NCBI GenBank assembly: GCA_030648835.1
Contig: JAUSGT010000003.1
Span: 65,307-129,306 of the forward strand
DNA: 64,000 bases
Origin: Candidatus Moraniibacteriota bacterium
Lineage (GTDB): Bacteria; Patescibacteriota; Minisyncoccia; Moranbacterales; UBA1568
Reading direction: 5' to 3'
Shown in pieces: positions 18,880 to 28,088 of the stretch. Numbering within the stretch: the first letter of the stretch is position 1; each line of letters opens with the position of its first letter. The position numbers and the translations under genes are program-made. The notes beneath the pieces are model-generated. The model made no database searches and was not told the origin of the DNA. It saw only the letters and a program-made list of their open reading frames with translations.

Positions 18880-19290
18880 TTAGGAAGTAGTATTCTTTGG
18901 AACCAAACTGCCGAGTGATATATTTGAAAGAGTTTCTTTGACTTTATTTTCCAGGGTGCGCCATACTTCATTGGTTTGGCAATGACTGACCTGGAGGCAG
19001 GGGAGAGCCCCCTTGACGGGTGCGGAGAAAGTTTTGATGGGACCGTCGAGCTCACAGAGGATATCCCAGACGCTGATTTCTTTGGCGGGACGGGCCAGGA
19101 CATATCCACCGGTCATACCTTTATGTGCCATAACCAAGTTGGCTCGGCGTAAGGATTGAAGAATCTTCTCGAGATAATCTTCGGGGATATGTTCTGCGTT
19201 TGCAATAGTATGAGTAGACAGCGGTTTGTCACTCTGTGCGAGAGCGAGCACCGCCCGAAGCCCATAATAAGCCTTTTTTGAGATTTTCAT
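18880..19290 (-). CDS. Rrf2-family transcriptional regulator (IscR/CymR-like)
   Basis: ISKKAYYGLRA, YLEKIL..L...LV...G..GGY.LA. Confidence 0.93.
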   Translation of the reverse strand: MKISKKAYYGLRAVLALAQSDKPLSTHTIANAEHIPEDYLEKILQSLRRANLVMAHKGMTGGYVLARPAKEISVWDILCELDGPIKTFSAPVKGALPCLQVSHCQTNEVWRTLENKVKETLSNISLGSLVPKNTTS

Positions 19291-19297
19291 AAATGTG

Positions 19298-19341
19298 GAC
19301 TAATATTGTCTGATTTTAGAATAAGTTGCTCTCTTTGTCAA
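19298..19341 (-). promoter_or_regulatory. Sigma70 promoter of rrf2-suf operon plus putative Rrf2 operator
   Basis: TTGACA(19341-19336)-17bp-TAAAAT(19318-19313); GAC-N7-GTC dyad at 19298-19310. Confidence 0.7.
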
Positions 19342-19379
19342 ATGTCATACGATTTACACCCGGCGTGGTGGTATACTAT

Positions 19380-20408
19380 ATGCGCTTTATGAATGATATA
19401 AACAAACCCTTTCTTGGGTTCTGGGAAAAATTGGAGAAGCCATTTTTCGTTCTGGCGCCGCTGGCCAACGTCACGGACGCTGTTTTTCGGCGTGTTATAA
19501 ATAAATATTCCAAGCCGGATGTGATGTGGACAGAGTTTGTTTCGGCGGACGGATTGTGTCACCCGGACGGGAAAACCGCTCTTCTACGAGATCTTTCATA
19601 TACCGAAGGAGAACGGCCGATTGTGGCGCAGCTTTTTACCGCGCATCCAAAAAAAATGTTTGAAGCGGCGAAATTGGTAGCGGAATTGGGTTTCGATGGT
19701 ATCGATATCAATATGGGGTGTCCGGACAAGAACGTGATGAAGCAGGGTGCCGGAGCAAATCTGATGAAAGATCCAAAACTGGCGCAAGAGCTTATCATTG
19801 CTGCGCGCGAGGGTACAATTGCTTGTGGGAGAGAACTCCCTATCTCGGTGAAGACACGTCTCGGTTTCAATGAAGATAATTTGGAAGTTTGGTTGTTAGC
19901 ACTGCTCCAAATGCGACCGGCCGTTATTACGGTACATGCCCGGACGAAGAAAGAAATGTCCAAGGTGCCGGCTCGCTGGGGATCCGTGAAGCGCGCGGTA
20001 GAAATTGCAGCGTGGAGCGGTACGCTCATCATCGGCAATGGCGATGTAAAAGATCTAGAGGACGCGGGGAACAAGATCCGGGAAACCGGAGCCGATGGCG
20101 CAATGCTTGGGCGGGCAATCTTTGGTAACCCGTGGCTATTTGATAGAAATAAAATCGCGGTCACGGTAGAAGAAAAATTGTGTGCAACTGTTTTTCATAC
20201 GCAACTGTTTGAAGAGGTGTGGAAAGATACCAAAAGTTTCGAGCTGATGAAGAAACATTACCAGGCTTACGTCAATCATTTCCCGCAAGCCAAAGAACTG
20301 CGCGCGAAACTGATGGCGTGCCATAGCGCGCAGGATGTAGAAAAAACGATAGAAGAATTTTTGAAAAGCTATCCTGATATTGCAGTTCAGTCTGTAGTAG
20401 TCGCTTGA
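19380..20408 (+). CDS. dus: tRNA-dihydrouridine synthase
   Basis: LAPLANVTD, TEFVS, DINMGCP, SVKTRLG, HART, GNGDV, GRAIFGNPW. Confidence 0.93.
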   Translation: MRFMNDINKPFLGFWEKLEKPFFVLAPLANVTDAVFRRVINKYSKPDVMWTEFVSADGLCHPDGKTALLRDLSYTEGERPIVAQLFTAHPKKMFEAAKLVAELGFDGIDINMGCPDKNVMKQGAGANLMKDPKLAQELIIAAREGTIACGRELPISVKTRLGFNEDNLEVWLLALLQMRPAVITVHARTKKEMSKVPARWGSVKRAVEIAAWSGTLIIGNGDVKDLEDAGNKIRETGADGAMLGRAIFGNPWLFDRNKIAVTVEEKLCATVFHTQLFEEVWKDTKSFELMKKHYQAYVNHFPQAKELRAKLMACHSAQDVEKTIEEFLKSYPDIAVQSVVVA

Positions 20409-20409
20409 T

Positions 20410-20449
20410 AAAAAAATTGCCCCCGACGCGTAATGCTATACGCCGGGGG
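20410..20449 (-). terminator. Putative terminator for pyrD-pyrC
   Basis: CCCCCG...CGGGGG stem with A-tract on + strand (U-tract on -). Confidence 0.55.
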
Positions 20450-20501
20450 TCTCTGGTTGCACTAAGTTGGGCCTGAAAAGGTGGTGAACAGCGGTCTTGT
20501 A

Positions 20502-21647
20502 CTATGCCGCTTCCCGAAGCTCCAAGTACTCCAGACGCTCAACACGCCATGGGAGCGTTTCGCCGGCGCAGAGGGGCACCACGGTATGTTCGCCGAACGC
20601 GTATTCGGCCGGTACGAGGAGCGGCTTGCGTTCGAGCACAATCTTTGCCGTGTTGCGTGGCAGACCGTAGTGATCAGGACCAAAATGGGATGCGAACCCT
20701 TCAAATTTGTCGAGCGCATCGGCGTCTTCAAACACCTTGGTATAAAGCGACAGGGCGAAAGGTGCTGAGAAACACCCAGCACAACCACAAGTATTTTCTT
20801 TGGTATGCCTGGCATGTGGTGCCGAGTCAGTACCGAGAAAGAACTTGGGATTACCTGAGGTGACGGCTTTAACGAGCTCTTCTCGGTCACAGCGTTTCTT
20901 GAGGATAGGCTTGCAATAGAGATGTGGCTGGATAGAATTTCCCAGCATATCGTTGCGGTCATACATGAGATGTTGTGGAGTGAGGGTAGCCGCTACGGTT
21001 GGCGGCGCTTCGAGAACGACGGCCAGAGCATGAGCCGATGTCAGATGCTCAATCACCATTTTGAGTCCGGAAAATTTCCTGAATGCCCATGGGAGTTCTG
21101 TATCCGCAAAACGTTGTTCGCGGTAAAAGACGTCGGTGTTGGGGTCAGCTACCTCTCCATGGATTTCCAATACCAGACCGTGTTTTTCCATGGCCGCAAG
21201 CACGTGTGGTATCTTCGAGAGACTTGTGAGACCGGCTTCGGAGTTGGTGGTCTGCCCTGCCGGGTAATACTTTGCCCCGATGACAAATCCACTTTTAGCC
21301 GCCTCCTCAATTTCCTGAACAGTTGTTGCTTCTGTCAGGTAAAGTGTCATGAGCGGAAAGCGCTCAGCCACATCAAGGGGGGAGCCATGCTCGATGAGCG
21401 ATTTTACGATGCGGAGGCGATACCCGCGTGCTTGTGCCACAGTCGTTACGGCAGGTTTCAAGTTAGGCATGATTATCGCCCGTCCGAAGACCTTGGCCGA
21501 GAGATAAGCTATGTCATGCATAGCTTCGCCATCGCGCAAATGAAGATGCCAATCGTCTGGCTGTGTCAATTCTAACCGTTCAAGTGGCTTCTTGGCGAAG
21601 CCTCTGACGGGTCTATTCGGGTTTAGCGTAGTTACCTGCATTGACAT
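20502..21647 (-). CDS. pyrC: Dihydroorotase (homodimeric, E. coli-type)
   Basis: DDWHLHLRDG, IMPNL, MTLYLT, KYYPAG.TTNS, HGE, EHLT, YCKPILK, FLGTDSAPH; AAGGAG SD. Confidence 0.95.
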   Translation of the reverse strand: MSMQVTTLNPNRPVRGFAKKPLERLELTQPDDWHLHLRDGEAMHDIAYLSAKVFGRAIIMPNLKPAVTTVAQARGYRLRIVKSLIEHGSPLDVAERFPLMTLYLTEATTVQEIEEAAKSGFVIGAKYYPAGQTTNSEAGLTSLSKIPHVLAAMEKHGLVLEIHGEVADPNTDVFYREQRFADTELPWAFRKFSGLKMVIEHLTSAHALAVVLEAPPTVAATLTPQHLMYDRNDMLGNSIQPHLYCKPILKKRCDREELVKAVTSGNPKFFLGTDSAPHARHTKENTCGCAGCFSAPFALSLYTKVFEDADALDKFEGFASHFGPDHYGLPRNTAKIVLERKPLLVPAEYAFGEHTVVPLCAGETLPWRVERLEYLELREAA

Positions 21648-21693
21648 GAATCTTCTCCTTCAGTATTTGTGGCCGAACTATGGCCTGGGATTT

Positions 21694-22572
21694 TCAGATA
21701 GGATGTTGTTCGATAATGTCCACGAATTGAGCAAGGGCGTCACCGAAAACGCGAGCGTCTTCAGTGAAATACCAGGCGCTGCCGAATTGTACTTCATTAG
21801 CACCAACTTTCATGAATTCCCACATATCGCGGCCGTTTTTAGCGCCACCGACGCCGATGATGTGATGGTCTGGGAGCATTTTACGCAGCTGCACAATTTG
21901 TCCGAGGACAATTGGTTTGAAGCCACTTCCGCCGTAGCCGCCGAGGTGTTCGCCAAAATCAATGGCTGGGCGAAAATCTTCACGGAACATATAGGCGTTG
22001 CCCGCGGTGTTGCAAGCGACGACGGCTATGTCGTAAGGACGGATCGCGTCAGTCACTTCTGTCGGTACAACTGGTAAGTAAGGCGAAAGTTTGAGACGTA
22101 GTTTGCACGCTTTACCGGCGATGCCGACGAATGTGTGGATGGCGCGTTTCAAATCTTCCGGATAGTAGGAAAGCGGGATCTTTTGCGCGTTGCCGACGAA
22201 GACATGATTACAACCGGCATTGAGTTCAGCTATGGGAACACGCAGTTTCACGCATTCTTCCGCCAGTTTTACCATGTCACCAGGATCAATCGGTGGAACG
22301 CTCAGCGCGAGTGTCTTTCCGCAAGCTTCTGCTTGTGCAATCATTTCCGGTAAGTGCTCCCGGTACCACTCGATCCCGCCATTGGGAAGTCCCAATGAAT
22401 TTACGCTGCCATTATCATCTTGGTACTCGTTGTTTCCGGGATTGGTATCACGTTGCTTTACTGACATAGGCCCGACCGTGATGATATCTGCGGCCGATTT
22501 CAGGAGTTTTTCGAAGAGACTCCGCCGATTACATGTGCCAGCGGCGTTGCCGACTTTCGGAATGTCGTTCAT
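21694..22572 (-). CDS. pyrD: Dihydroorotate dehydrogenase class 1 (1A-like, divergent)
   Basis: NAAG, NSLGLPN.G, ELN.GC, KLSPY, NT, GGYGG..KP, IIGVGG; adjacent to pyrC. Confidence 0.85.
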   Translation of the reverse strand: MNDIPKVGNAAGTCNRRSLFEKLLKSAADIITVGPMSVKQRDTNPGNNEYQDDNGSVNSLGLPNGGIEWYREHLPEMIAQAEACGKTLALSVPPIDPGDMVKLAEECVKLRVPIAELNAGCNHVFVGNAQKIPLSYYPEDLKRAIHTFVGIAGKACKLRLKLSPYLPVVPTEVTDAIRPYDIAVVACNTAGNAYMFREDFRPAIDFGEHLGGYGGSGFKPIVLGQIVQLRKMLPDHHIIGVGGAKNGRDMWEFMKVGANEVQFGSAWYFTEDARVFGDALAQFVDIIEQHPI

Positions 22573-22646
22573 GGTCTGGTTTTCCTTTCAAAATTCGTTG
22601 ATCAAGTTGTTCAAGGACTGCAAAACCGATGTTTCGGCTTTGGTTC

Positions 22647-22675
22647 ATGATAGGGGAACGAGAGTGGAGAGTCAA
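22647..22675 (-). promoter_or_regulatory. Sigma70 promoter of pyrD-pyrC
   Basis: TTGACT-17bp-TATCAT. Confidence 0.7.
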
Positions 22676-22746
22676 GAAGACGTAGCTTGAATTAGCCATT
22701 CTCTGTATAATGAAGAACGTACCAAATAAGTGAAATAAAGCAGTTT

Positions 22747-24027
22747 ATGTCAAAAGTGAAACTCTGGTATCTCTACGACTTCGCCAATTCATTTGCTTCT
22801 TCGGTGGTGATTTTTTATTTTCCGCTTTTATTATTACGAGGCGGTGCCAGCGATACATGGATCGGATTGGCAACGGCCATATCGACCGTCATTTTACTCA
22901 TATTTTACCCTGGTCTCGGACGTAGAGCAGATGAGAGCCAGAAGAGAAGAATGAAGTATATGATATTTTCGTCCGTTTCTATGTTGCTGGCGTTGTATGC
23001 TATGGGCATCATAACGAATGTTTATGCCGAACACTACACTTTTTTTCTCTTGTTTCTGTTGTGTTTGCTTTACATTGTTTTTCAGGTTTCCTTTCAAGGA
23101 TCGTATGTATTCTATACGGCTTTCATGCAAAACTTTAGAGACACCGGCCATAACAAGGACCGAGTCTCTAGCCTCGGCATGGGACTGGGACAGTTGGGTA
23201 ATGCCGTGAGTATCGGTATTATGGGAGCATTCGTGGTAAACAGTTCGCTTATGCTATTTGGGGTGAATGGCAATAGCTTAGCACTCATTCTTGGGGCGAC
23301 GATATTTATCGTTTTAGCCATCCCCTTTCTCATACAGAAGGTGGGAGACGCGGATGTGAGCAGAGTAAAAGAGGCAGAAAAAAGATTCACGTTCGGTGAA
23401 TTTATTAAGAAAGTTTTTAAAAACAAAAAACTATTTTTCTATTTGCTCGGCTATATGTTCGTGGCGGATTCTATCGCGACGCTTCAGATATATATGACGC
23501 TGTACCTCAAAAATGTTTTTGGTTTCACGGAAAGAATGTCGAGTCTTGGTGGTGTTATCAGTCTCTCGATGCTGTTTGTGACATGTATGCTCGTCGGGGG
23601 CTGGGCGCACAAAATTATTGGCAAGAATAGGATGCTCACTCTCGGTGGTACTGTCTATATTTGTGCCTTTATTCTTTTCGGTTTGGCTCCGAATGTTCCG
23701 TTGTATGGCTATTTGAGCCTTTCCTTCGCCGGTATCGCTTACGGTCTCTTTTTCCCATTGGCTCGCTCGTTGTATTCGGATATCGTACCCAAAGAATCTC
23801 AAGCGGAATATTTTAGCTCGTTTGTTATTTTTGAAAGAGCGGCTACTGTCATCGGCCCTGTTGTCTGGGTCACTGTGTTCGAGCTACTCGGTGCCTATCC
23901 GGTAGAATACCGTTATCGGGCGAATGTGATGGCGCTGGCGTTGACGGCTATGCTGGGGCTGTATTTTATCAAAAAGTCTTTTACAATGAAGAATCAGACA
24001 GAAATTCTTCACATACTGAAAACGTGA
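22747..24027 (+). CDS. MFS transporter (UMF1/Atg22-like)
   Basis: WYLYDFANS, G..AD, RVSSLG...G..G, RSLYSDIVP; about 12 TM. Confidence 0.85.
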   Translation: MSKVKLWYLYDFANSFASSVVIFYFPLLLLRGGASDTWIGLATAISTVILLIFYPGLGRRADESQKRRMKYMIFSSVSMLLALYAMGIITNVYAEHYTFFLLFLLCLLYIVFQVSFQGSYVFYTAFMQNFRDTGHNKDRVSSLGMGLGQLGNAVSIGIMGAFVVNSSLMLFGVNGNSLALILGATIFIVLAIPFLIQKVGDADVSRVKEAEKRFTFGEFIKKVFKNKKLFFYLLGYMFVADSIATLQIYMTLYLKNVFGFTERMSSLGGVISLSMLFVTCMLVGGWAHKIIGKNRMLTLGGTVYICAFILFGLAPNVPLYGYLSLSFAGIAYGLFFPLARSLYSDIVPKESQAEYFSSFVIFERAATVIGPVVWVTVFELLGAYPVEYRYRANVMALALTAMLGLYFIKKSFTMKNQTEILHILKT

Positions 24028-24073
24028 GAGGGGTACTTTTGTCGCAATCGCGGAAAAAGTACCCTTCTGTTTT
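24028..24073 (+). terminator. Hairpin/terminator after MFS gene
   Basis: GAGGGGTACTTTT...AAAAGTACCCTTC then TGTTTT. Confidence 0.55.
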
Positions 24074-24104
24074 GCGGGCCTCAATAATTTTAGACTTTTA
24101 AGCT

Positions 24105-25208
24105 ATGAAAATTGCCGTATTGGTATCAGGAGGAGTGGATAGTTCGGTGGCTTTGCGTCTTTTGAAAGATGAGGGGCATGAACTGACTGCTTTTTATCTC
24201 AAAATCTGGCTGGAGGATGAATTGGCTTTCTTAGGAGAGTGTCCTTGGGAGGATGACTTGTCGTACGTGCGCGCCGTCTGCGAACAAGCCGGTGTGCCGC
24301 TGCAAATTGTGCCGTTTCAGAAAGAATACTGGGAGCGGGTGGTGGCGTACACGATTGATGAGGTGAAGGCCGGACGCACTCCCAATCCGGATATGCTCTG
24401 CAACGCGCGCATTAAATTTGGCGCGTTCTATGATGTCTTTGGAAAGAACTTTGACAAAGTAGCCACGGGACATTATGCGAATGTAGTCGACGGCTACCCT
24501 GAACCCGATTCAGGGTCTGGATTCCGGGTCAAGCCCGGAACGACAAGTCGGTTCTTTTTAAAGAAGACTCCGGATACTATCAAGGACCAGACATATTTTC
24601 TTTCGCAACTCTCGCAGGAGCAACTTTCCAAAGCTTTATTTCCAATCGGCGGATATACAAAAAAAGAAGTGCGTGCATTGGCAGAGAAATTCCAACTCCC
24701 CAATGCCAAACGCAAGGATAGCCAGGGCATCTGTTTTTTGGGGAAGATCCCTTTTGATAAGTTTCTGGAATATCATTTGGGAAAACGTCCGGGAAAGCTT
24801 ATTGAATATGAAACCAAAAAAGTGTTGGGCGAGCATAGCGGCTTCTGGTACTTTACGGTGGGGCAGCGGCGTGGCATCAAGCTATCTGGTGGGCCATGGT
24901 ATGTGGTGAAGAAGGATGCCGAAACGAATGAAATTTTCATCTCGCACGGAGAGCATCACGAAGAATTGGCACGTGGCTCATTCATAGTCGGAGGGCTGAA
25001 TTGGATTTCTGGCGCGCCTTCAAAGAAAACTGAATTTCAGATCAAAGTGCGACATGGCGCTAAAATGTATCCCGCAGTAATCAAGTCTTTAGGAGAAAAT
25101 CAGATAAAAGTCTCATTAAAAAAAGAGACTGACCAGGGCATTGCCGCGGGTCAGTTTGCCGTCTTCTACGACGGTGAAATTTGTCTTGGCGGGGGAACTA
25201 TAGAATAG
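24105..25208 (+). CDS. mnmA: tRNA 2-thiouridylase
   Basis: SGGVDS, TPNPDMLCN, ATGHYA, KDQTYFL, DSQGICF, GQRRG, GQFAVFY. Confidence 0.97.
   Translation: MKIAVLVSGGVDSSVALRLLKDEGHELTAFYLKIWLEDELAFLGECPWEDDLSYVRAVCEQAGVPLQIVPFQKEYWERVVAYTIDEVKAGRTPNPDMLCNARIKFGAFYDVFGKNFDKVATGHYANVVDGYPEPDSGSGFRVKPGTTSRFFLKKTPDTIKDQTYFLSQLSQEQLSKALFPIGGYTKKEVRALAEKFQLPNAKRKDSQGICFLGKIPFDKFLEYHLGKRPGKLIEYETKKVLGEHSGFWYFTVGQRRGIKLSGGPWYVVKKDAETNEIFISHGEHHEELARGSFIVGGLNWISGAPSKKTEFQIKVRHGAKMYPAVIKSLGENQIKVSLKKETDQGIAAGQFAVFYDGEICLGGGTIE
24492..24545 (+). repeat. Degenerate double-hairpin element in frame in mnmA (YPEPDSGSGFRVKPGTT)
   Basis: ACCCTGAA-CCCGA-TTCAGGGT + TTCCGGG-TCAAG-CCCGGAACGACA; right arm matches the tatD copy. 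Confidence 0.85.
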
Positions 25209-25252
25209 CTTTTAGTTTCTGGCTTTTAGAAAAAAATTAAAACTCTCAGAAG

Positions 25253-26344
25253 ATGTCTATGACTATCAGAAAAGATAAAATAGCTTTTTTTGAAAAGTCG
25301 CTTTTTGATTTCTTCCGCAAAGCGGGGCGGGAGCATTTGCCGTGGCGCAAAAAGAAAATCACGGCCTATGAAGTGTGGGTAGCGGAAGTGATGCTCCAGC
25401 AGACGCAGGTTTCGCGTGTTATCGGTTATTATGAGCGCTTTTTGAAGCAGTTCCCAATCGTTCAGAAACTAGCGCGAGTTTCGTGGGAGGAATTTCTGCC
25501 ATATTACGAGGGGCTGGGTTATTACACGCGTGGCCGCAATATGCTTGAAACGGCGAAAAAAGTGGTGAAGGATTACGGTGGAAAGTTTCCACGGGATAAA
25601 AAACTTTTGGAGACATTGCCAGGTGTCGGTCCCTATACGGCAGCAGCTATCATGAGCTTTGCCTACGGTGATGATCATCTGGCTTGGGATACGAACCTGA
25701 GGCGGGTGATCGGGCGATTTTTTTTCGGAACGAAGAATTTTGCTTCTGTCATTCCGGCCTACGAGCCGGAATCTAGATCCCGGGTTCCTCCGAAGGTGGG
25801 CAGGCAATCCGGGATGACATTAAAAAAGTTAGAGGAACAATTTTCTCTCCCCGCGAAAACACTGAACGCGGCGCTTATGGATTTTGGGAGCGCCTTGTGT
25901 GTCGGTCGGCCCAAGTGCGAGGCCTGCGCTCTGCGGAATCGGTGCGTGTACTATCGAGAGAAGGGGAGACAGGAAACAGTCAGCAGTCAACAGTCAACCC
26001 GCCTGCCGGCGAGGCAGGCAAAAAACAAAGGAGAAGATAAGAAACAAGATTGGAAAAACGCGCAGGTATATGTTTTTTTGCATGAGAATCATCGGAAATA
26101 TTTTTCATCCAGCAAAAGGCAGTTTAGGCCGTTTGTTTTACCTTCTGGTTATAATACACGCTCCGGCATCAAGAAATATTTTCAGGAGAAATATCAATTG
26201 ACACTTTCTGTCCGGCCACCTTATAAGAAAGAGAGTATCAAAGGAAAACAAATATTTTTTGTGAATGCGCAGATTCTTCTCGGGGAGCCGGTTTTTCGGG
26301 TGTTTCCGAAAAAACCCGGAAAAGAGTATAATAACGGGTATTAA
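25253..26344 (+). CDS. mutY: A/G-specific adenine glycosylase (HhH-GPD with 4Fe-4S)
   Basis: LPWR, EVMLQQT, GLGYY.R, LPGVGPYTA, DTN, C..RPKC..C.L...C. Confidence 0.92.
   Translation: MSMTIRKDKIAFFEKSLFDFFRKAGREHLPWRKKKITAYEVWVAEVMLQQTQVSRVIGYYERFLKQFPIVQKLARVSWEEFLPYYEGLGYYTRGRNMLETAKKVVKDYGGKFPRDKKLLETLPGVGPYTAAAIMSFAYGDDHLAWDTNLRRVIGRFFFGTKNFASVIPAYEPESRSRVPPKVGRQSGMTLKKLEEQFSLPAKTLNAALMDFGSALCVGRPKCEACALRNRCVYYREKGRQETVSSQQSTRLPARQAKNKGEDKKQDWKNAQVYVFLHENHRKYFSSSKRQFRPFVLPSGYNTRSGIKKYFQEKYQLTLSVRPPYKKESIKGKQIFFVNAQILLGEPVFRVFPKKPGKEYNNGY
25747..25819 (+). repeat. GTCAT...ATGAC element in frame in mutY with nested insert
   Basis: TGTCATTCCGGCCTACGAGCCGGAATCTAGATCCCGGGT[TCCTCCGAAGGTGGGCAGG]CAATCCGGGATGACA. 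Confidence 0.9.
25977..26019 (+). repeat. CAGTCA(G/A) x3 heptamers plus GCCTGCC-N5-GGCAGGC hairpin in mutY linker
   Basis: CAGTCAG CAGTCAA CAGTCAA CCC GCCTGCC GGCGA GGCAGGC. Confidence 0.7.
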
Positions 26345-26345
26345 A

Positions 26346-26387
26346 CCCGATTTTACTAGTACTACACTCACTTCGTTTGGTAATAAA
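26346..26387. repeat. Dispersed repeat copy 2 (form without the insert)
   Basis: CCCGATTTTACTAGTACTACACTCACTTCGTTTGGTAATAAA. Confidence 0.8.
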
Positions 26388-26435
26388 AACCAGGACATTT
26401 TTTGTTCCGAGGGGCATAAATAATAATATAATTGT

Positions 26436-26870
26436 ATGGGAAAGTTTTTAGGGCTATTGGTGGTTCTCGTCGTTCTTGGAGGGGGGTTTCTCATTTTTGG
26501 CAAGGGTGGGCAGAAGGTTGAGGCGCCGGTTATTTCCACACCGACTGCAGAGGTGGGTACACCAGCCGCGCCGGTTGGTACATCAGCCGGGGAGACAAAG
26601 GAAGTGGTTGTGAAGGCGAGCAGCTGGGCGTTTGATCCGGCGGAAATCCGTGTCAAAGAAGGGACAAAGGTAAAAATTACCCTGCAAGGGGTTTCCGGTA
26701 CGCACGCGTTTTCTATCCCCGAATTGGGAGTGAACAGCCAGACGGTGAGCGTGGGGGAAACGGCGACGGTGGAATTTGTAGCCAGTAAGAAAGGAGAATT
26801 CTCCTTTAAATGTTCCGTTTTCTGCGGTGAGGGGCACAGCGGTATGACGGGGAAGCTTATTGTTGAATAA
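26436..26870 (+). CDS. Membrane-anchored cupredoxin with CuA-type ligand set
   Basis: W.FDP.EI.V..G, H.F.IPEL, CSVFCGEGHSGM (CxxxCxxxHxxM). Confidence 0.88.
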   Translation: MGKFLGLLVVLVVLGGGFLIFGKGGQKVEAPVISTPTAEVGTPAAPVGTSAGETKEVVVKASSWAFDPAEIRVKEGTKVKITLQGVSGTHAFSIPELGVNSQTVSVGETATVEFVASKKGEFSFKCSVFCGEGHSGMTGKLIVE

Positions 26871-26886
26871 ACGTGGCATTCTTTGC

Positions 26887-26921
26887 AAAAGCTGTCCTAA
26901 CCTGGTTGGGGCGGCTTTTTT
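26887..26921 (+). terminator. Intrinsic terminator
   Basis: AAAAGCTGTCCTAAC-CTG-GTTGGGGCGGCTTTTTT. Confidence 0.7.
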
Positions 26922-26967
26922 GCACTGGTAAAAAGTCCCAAGAGTGCTATACTGAAGAAAAATATTT

Positions 26968-28026
26968 ATGCAATTGCGCTCATTCAATGTCTATTTCTTT
27001 TTTCTCCTCCTTTTTGGGGTGGGGATAGTGGTGTTTTTTGTTTTTGAGCCGTTCTTGACGGCTGTCGTGGCGGCTGCTATTTTATCGGCTCTTTTCAAAC
27101 ACCCTTACAATACCCTTGAGAAATGGACGAGGGGGAGCAGGGGCTGGAGCGCATTCCTTACCTGTCTTCTGGTGATTTTCATCGTTGTGACGCCGGTTTT
27201 TCTGGTACTGAGTCTCGCTATAGGTGAGGCCAACAATCTGTACCACACTTTGAGCGAGGAATCGGCTCTGGAAAGAATTATCAACAAAAATGTCGAAATA
27301 GCTCACACTGTTCCGTATCTGAATATTTTCTTCGATACGGAGACACTCAATGAAGGGCGGATCTTAAGTGATATCAAAGAGTTCAGCCAGAACGCTCTCG
27401 GTTTGCTCCAGGCCGCGTATCAGGGGATTACCAGTTTTATTTTCTGGGTATTTGTGATGTTCTTTTCACTTTTTTATTTCTTGATCGATGGCAAACGGAT
27501 GCTGGGGCGGCTTATGGGGTTGAGCCCCTTGAGAGATGAACATGACAGACTTCTCATCAAAAAATTTGTTTCCATCAGTCGAGCCACACTCAAGGGGACG
27601 ATTGTCATTTGCATCATCCAGGGTCTTTTGGGAGGGTTTACGTTTTGGGTGGCCGGCATTCCATCGCCGGTTATTTGGGGGCTGGTGATGACGCTCTCTT
27701 CGATTATTCCCATGGTCGGATCGGGACTGGTCTGGCTTCCGGCCGGTATCATTATGCTTTTGCTTGGGAATATTTGGCAGGGAGTTTTCATCCTTGCGGT
27801 GGGGATGGGAATTATTTCGGTGATAGACAATGTCCTTCGCCCAAAATTGGTTGGCAAAGACACGCAGATGCATCCGCTGCTTGTCCTTTTCGCGACTCTG
27901 GGCGGGATATCACTTTTCGGGTTGACGGGTTTTATTATCGGACCAATTGTTGTCTCTCTCTTCTTGGCTTTGGGTGAGATTTACAGCATCGAGTTCCGTG
28001 ATCAGCTCAAAGAATACAACCAATAG
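26968..28026 (+). CDS. AI-2E family transporter
   Basis: FYFLIDG, IPMVGSGLVWLP, DNVLRPKLVG, HPLLVLFATLGG..FG..G.IIGP. Confidence 0.92.
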   Translation: MQLRSFNVYFFFLLLFGVGIVVFFVFEPFLTAVVAAAILSALFKHPYNTLEKWTRGSRGWSAFLTCLLVIFIVVTPVFLVLSLAIGEANNLYHTLSEESALERIINKNVEIAHTVPYLNIFFDTETLNEGRILSDIKEFSQNALGLLQAAYQGITSFIFWVFVMFFSLFYFLIDGKRMLGRLMGLSPLRDEHDRLLIKKFVSISRATLKGTIVICIIQGLLGGFTFWVAGIPSPVIWGLVMTLSSIIPMVGSGLVWLPAGIIMLLLGNIWQGVFILAVGMGIISVIDNVLRPKLVGKDTQMHPLLVLFATLGGISLFGLTGFIIGPIVVSLFLALGEIYSIEFRDQLKEYNQ

Positions 28027-28088
28027 CGAGCTTGTAAGGGGTAGTTTCTTAGCTTTTTAGAAAAATCCTTGTTTAGAATCTACAAGCT

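Noticed and set aside
18870-19109. N-terminal extension of SufC in the ORF track
   Set aside because: Overlaps rrf2 in another frame; similar over-extensions were trimmed for argS, purA, sufT, dus, rpmI and metG.
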